This document shows positions 7,256 through 10,311 of a stretch of 10,311 nucleotides of DNA, in pieces. Under the pieces are notes generated by a model, which worked only from the letters and a program-made list of their open reading frames with translations, ran no database searches and was not told where the DNA came from. The stretch is from Thiotrichaceae bacterium (GTDB lineage: Bacteria > Pseudomonadota > Gammaproteobacteria > Thiotrichales > Thiotrichaceae): the NCBI GenBank assembly GCA_015494435.1, contig WGBH01000503.1, forward strand, positions 1 to 10,311, read 5' to 3'. The position numbers and the translations under genes were made by a program. The first letter of the stretch is position 1; each line of letters starts with the position of its first letter.

Positions 7256-8029
7256 TTAAGCATAATCGTATAACCATCTGGAAATACGATTAAGGGTTTT
7301 CTGGAAGTCTTTATGTTTGACAGGTTTAAGTAAATAAGTGGTAGCCCCTGCGAGGATTCCTTCTACCTCATCAAGCGGCTCTGTTTTACCACTTAACATA
7401 ATGACAGGGGTTCTTTTATAATTTTTGTTTTTGCGTAATTGTCTACATACTTCATAACCATAGATGTCGGGCATAATAATATCTAAAAAGATAAGATCGT
7501 ATTGTGTTGTGTTAATTTTTTCTAATGCATCTTTACCACAAACGGCATAAGATGCACTGATAGGCGTATCTCGTAGTTCAAGTTCTAATTGTTTTCTGAT
7601 AGCAGCACTGTCATCTACAACAAGTGCATGAAAATCACTTTTTGTCGTCTTGGTTTTTTGATTGCTTTTTGGTACTGGAGGCTTGCTAGTTGTTGTTTTA
7701 TTTTCAGTTGATTTTCCACATAATTGCGCCCCTTTTTCCATTGCTCGCATCACGCGGGTGATTAATAAGGGACGTTTGATATCATAAATACCAGTAAAGC
7801 CGTCATCTTGGTTACTCACTGTAATGATAATTTGTGATTGTTGTTGTTCTTGTGCAGATTTTATAGCCGTTGGTTCATTATTAACAATAAAGAGATCTGC
7901 TGTTTTAGCAGAACATTGATGGAACGCCTTATTTTTTTTTGCAAAAAACTCAATGACTCGCTCAAAGACGGCTAGATCTTTAACGGATAATCCAAAAAAA
8001 CAGAGTCCTATACTTTTCATTGTATTCAT
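7256..8029 (-). CDS. Response regulator with two receiver-like domains: a degenerate N-terminal pseudo-receiver (lacks the acidic DD pair) and a canonical C-terminal CheY-like receiver. No output domain.
   Basis: C-terminal half: ALVVDDSAAIR...YDLIFLDIIMPDIYGYEV...TPVIMLSGK...YLLKPV carries the complete REC signature (DD, D, S/T, K). N-terminal half: IGLCFFGLS...ADLFIVNNE...IIITVSN...IKRPLL is receiver-like but has FFG in place of the acidic pocket. A low-complexity T/K/P linker joins them. Its start ATG overlaps the stop of the upstream kinase gene (TAATG at 8027-8031). Confidence 0.85.
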   Translation of the reverse strand: MNTMKSIGLCFFGLSVKDLAVFERVIEFFAKKNKAFHQCSAKTADLFIVNNEPTAIKSAQEQQQSQIIITVSNQDDGFTGIYDIKRPLLITRVMRAMEKGAQLCGKSTENKTTTSKPPVPKSNQKTKTTKSDFHALVVDDSAAIRKQLELELRDTPISASYAVCGKDALEKINTTQYDLIFLDIIMPDIYGYEVCRQLRKNKNYKRTPVIMLSGKTEPLDEVEGILAGATTYLLKPVKHKDFQKTLNRISRWLYDYA

Positions 8030-10311
8030 TATAGTTCAACCTTATCTAATGACTTATAAGCTATATACTTATCGACTGTTGATTGTAATGTACTCTTATC
8101 AACAGGTTTGGTTAAATATTCATCTACGCCCGCTTGAGCGGCTAGTTTCCTATGTTTTTCAGTGCTTCGGGAAGTAATCATAATAATTGGTAACTTCCTT
8201 GTTCCCGACCAAGTACGTAGGGATTCCACCATTTCTAAACCATTCATTTTGGGCATTTCCAAGTCGGTAACAATGAGTTTGAAAGGTGATTGTTCTATTT
8301 GTTGCAATGCATCAGCACCATCAACCGCAGTACAGACTTGATGACCTAATGCTTCTAGCATGAGTCGCAAAGCAGTACGATTACTCAAAGAGTCATCGAC
8401 CACGAGGATTTTATCTTGATTAATATTGATACTATATGAATCACCGATATTAGGTCGTTGCTTCAAGGTGCTATCATTTGCTGATCTTAATAATTCAGGT
8501 AGATTGAGAGCGGGGGCCACCACACCATTGGGTAGTAAACAAACACCGTTGACCCCTGTTACGTTTGTCATCCAAGGCTTTAGAGTTTTAATAGTAATAT
8601 TTAAAGGCTTTAATATTTGATCAACGTATAACGCATAATATTGGTTTTGATGCTCGACAATAAGGACTGATTGACTTTTATCGCTAATAAATTTGGAGCT
8701 AGGCCAAGATAAAAAAGGTGATAATGATAATAAAGGAATCGCTTGTTGATGATAGTCGATAAATAATCGCCCCTCTTTTTGCTCAACACTATGAGGGCTT
8801 AAATAATGAATTTGTTGAATGAAGGCATTAGGAATAGCAAATGTATAACCTAAAATATCCACCAACAAAATATTCGCAGTAGAGAGAGTCAGTGGAACCT
8901 GTATTTGTATTTCGCTACCCTTGTTTTTTTCGCTACGGATGGAAATATTGCCTGATAAATTTTTGATCGCTGAATTGACAACATCCATACCAACACCACG
9001 TCCTGAGGTTTCTGTTATTTCATCGCGTGTTGAAAAACCAGGGCGTAAAATTAAGCGTAATTTTTCATTTTGAGAGAGTTTCGTTTCTGCTGTAATTAAA
9101 CCTTTTTTTATCGCTGTTTGGTAAACTTTATCGGCATCAATGCCTGCGCCATCGTCTTTTAGTGTAAGGAGAACTTGGTCGTTTTGTTGGGAGAAATTTA
9201 ATTGAATTTTTCCTGATTTATTTTTGTTTTTTTGTTGACGAATGTCAGCAGGCTCTATGCCATGATCGACGGCATTGCGAAGTAAGTGCAGTAAAGGGTC
9301 AATCAAACCTTTAATGACATCAGTATCAAGTGCTATTTCATCTCCAATAATTTCTAATTCAGCTTGTTTGTTAGTTTGACGGCAGGTTTCACGCACAATA
9401 CGCTGTAGTCGTGGAGCAAGAATTTTTGCCGATTCCATACGCATTTGTAATACAGTGCTATTGAGTTGATTATTAATTTGTTTTTGTGAATGTGACTGTG
9501 CTTTTAATGCATTTAATTGTTGTGTAAGTGAGAGTGACATTTTATGGTCATCTTCAACTGTTTCAGAAAGTAGCGCTGTAATGCTGTGTAATTCGTTATA
9601 GCTATCCATTTCTAGAGAGTCCATAGCGATTATTTCAGCAGATTTTAAATGATCTGATTGTGTTTGTTTTGTCATGCTTGGACGGGAGAGAGTGGCAGTT
9701 TGTTGATTAACAGCCCATTCTAGTTCGTCTAACATATTCCGAACACGTTCATTACGTTCGTCAATAGCCTGCCTTTCACGTAAAAGTAATGTAATTTGAT
9801 CGGCCATTTGTGTGTTATGGGTCATTAATTCACTAGAAAAGCTTAATAGTTTGTCAATGACTGAAATAGGCACGCGCAACGTAGTTTCATTGAGATTAGC
9901 GCGAACTGGCGTAGTGACGGCAGGATTCGCTGTGTTATTGTCAACAGAGGGTGCTATCAGTATTTCTTCTAAAGGCTGAAAGTGAAGATTGAACGGATTA
10001 CTGTTATCTGTTGTAGTCTCTATTTGTTTTTCATCAATCACTGGCGTTATTTGACGCTGATCTTTTTCATACTTGTCTTGTTTTGACTTATCCTGTTTGG
10101 ACTCATTTTTTTCAGATTTATCTTTTTCAGGCTTCTCTGGTTCAACTACTTCTTTTTCTAAAGGCTCGTTTGATAAATATTGTTGCCAATGCGAGAGTTT
10201 TTCATACAAATTAGGATATTCTTTGGGTGGAGTACCTTCTGAAAGCAAAGAATCATAAAGGCTTTCTAATAAATCAGCAGATTCAGTGAGGAGTTCGGAG
10301 AGTCTTGGAGG
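8029..10311 (-). CDS. CheA-type chemosensory histidine kinase with fused C-terminal receiver (CheA-CheY hybrid, ChpA/WspE-like architecture). 5-prime-truncated by the window edge, so the true start and Hpt domain(s) lie beyond 10311.
   Basis: The reading frame stays open to the last base of the window. The ORF-track start at 10248 is a TTG inside the frame, not a real start. Visible domains: KE-rich linker; P3 dimerisation motif TLRVPISVIDKLLSFSSELMT (around 9880); HATPase N-box LLHLLRNAVDHGIE (around 9261-9300), G1 LKDDGAGID and G2 GRGVGMDVV (around 8985-9015); CheW-like P5 domain (around 8440-8890); REC domain ILVVDDS...LIVTDLEMP...IIMITSRS...LTKP (8032 to about 8410). Confidence 0.9.
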   Translation of the reverse strand, partial: PPRLSELLTESADLLESLYDSLLSEGTPPKEYPNLYEKLSHWQQYLSNEPLEKEVVEPEKPEKDKSEKNESKQDKSKQDKYEKDQRQITPVIDEKQIETTTDNSNPFNLHFQPLEEILIAPSVDNNTANPAVTTPVRANLNETTLRVPISVIDKLLSFSSELMTHNTQMADQITLLLRERQAIDERNERVRNMLDELEWAVNQQTATLSRPSMTKQTQSDHLKSAEIIAMDSLEMDSYNELHSITALLSETVEDDHKMSLSLTQQLNALKAQSHSQKQINNQLNSTVLQMRMESAKILAPRLQRIVRETCRQTNKQAELEIIGDEIALDTDVIKGLIDPLLHLLRNAVDHGIEPADIRQQKNKNKSGKIQLNFSQQNDQVLLTLKDDGAGIDADKVYQTAIKKGLITAETKLSQNEKLRLILRPGFSTRDEITETSGRGVGMDVVNSAIKNLSGNISIRSEKNKGSEIQIQVPLTLSTANILLVDILGYTFAIPNAFIQQIHYLSPHSVEQKEGRLFIDYHQQAIPLLSLSPFLSWPSSKFISDKSQSVLIVEHQNQYYALYVDQILKPLNITIKTLKPWMTNVTGVNGVCLLPNGVVAPALNLPELLRSANDSTLKQRPNIGDSYSININQDKILVVDDSLSNRTALRLMLEALGHQVCTAVDGADALQQIEQSPFKLIVTDLEMPKMNGLEMVESLRTWSGTRKLPIIMITSRSTEKHRKLAAQAGVDEYLTKPVDKSTLQSTVDKYIAYKSLDKVEL

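Noticed and set aside
7953-8620. Plus-strand ORFs 7953-8177 and 8426-8620
   Set aside because: Antisense to the receiver domains of the regulator and kinase. No RBS, no recognisable motifs.
10073-10258. Plus-strand 61-aa ORF at the right edge
   Set aside because: Antisense to the KE-rich linker of the kinase. The Ser/Phe-rich translation is a mirror artefact of that low-complexity region.
8029-10311. Possibility that the kinase/regulator pair is a Detocs-like or other phage-defence two-component system
   Set aside because: The kinase shows CheA-specific P3/P4/P5 architecture (CheW-like domain, CheA-type N-box), not the HisKA-type sensor kinase of Detocs. No nuclease, nucleosidase or other effector domain is present on the receiver proteins.
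1-10311. CRISPR arrays, rRNA/tRNA genes, IS elements
   Set aside because: No regularly spaced direct repeats, no rRNA-like conserved blocks and no transposase-like ORFs were seen on reading both strands. The longest repeats found are the short inverted repeats described above.

Overview
AT-rich, bacterial-looking window (codon usage and gene content suggest a gammaproteobacterium) with two coding blocks on opposite strands and an unusually long non-coding gap between them. Plus strand: a large secreted, multidomain carbohydrate-active-like protein (35..2563, signal peptide, HSYTHPHD NodB/CE4-type His motif), then a 1.06 kb gene-poor gap (2564..3625) containing hairpins, a C-rich/G-poor tract, one or two very small ORFs and a palindrome-embedded -10 element, then a metallo-beta-lactamase-fold hydrolase (3626..4486, HYHWDH motif). 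Minus strand, four tightly packed genes in one orientation running from the right window edge: a CheA-type histidine kinase with a fused C-terminal receiver (8029..>10311, N-terminus outside the window), a small response regulator with a degenerate N-terminal pseudo-receiver plus a canonical receiver (7256..8029, overlapping start/stop TAATG), a YqiJ/NfeD-like membrane OB-fold protein (6611..7243, 12-nt gap) and a long flotillin/SPFH (YqiK-like) protein (4554..6497). The most interesting candidate is this physical and probably transcriptional linkage of a chemosensory-type kinase/receiver module to an NfeD-flotillin membrane-microdomain pair. No rRNA, tRNA, CRISPR array or recognisable transposase is visible. 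All functional calls rest on motif recognition by eye. No database search was run.
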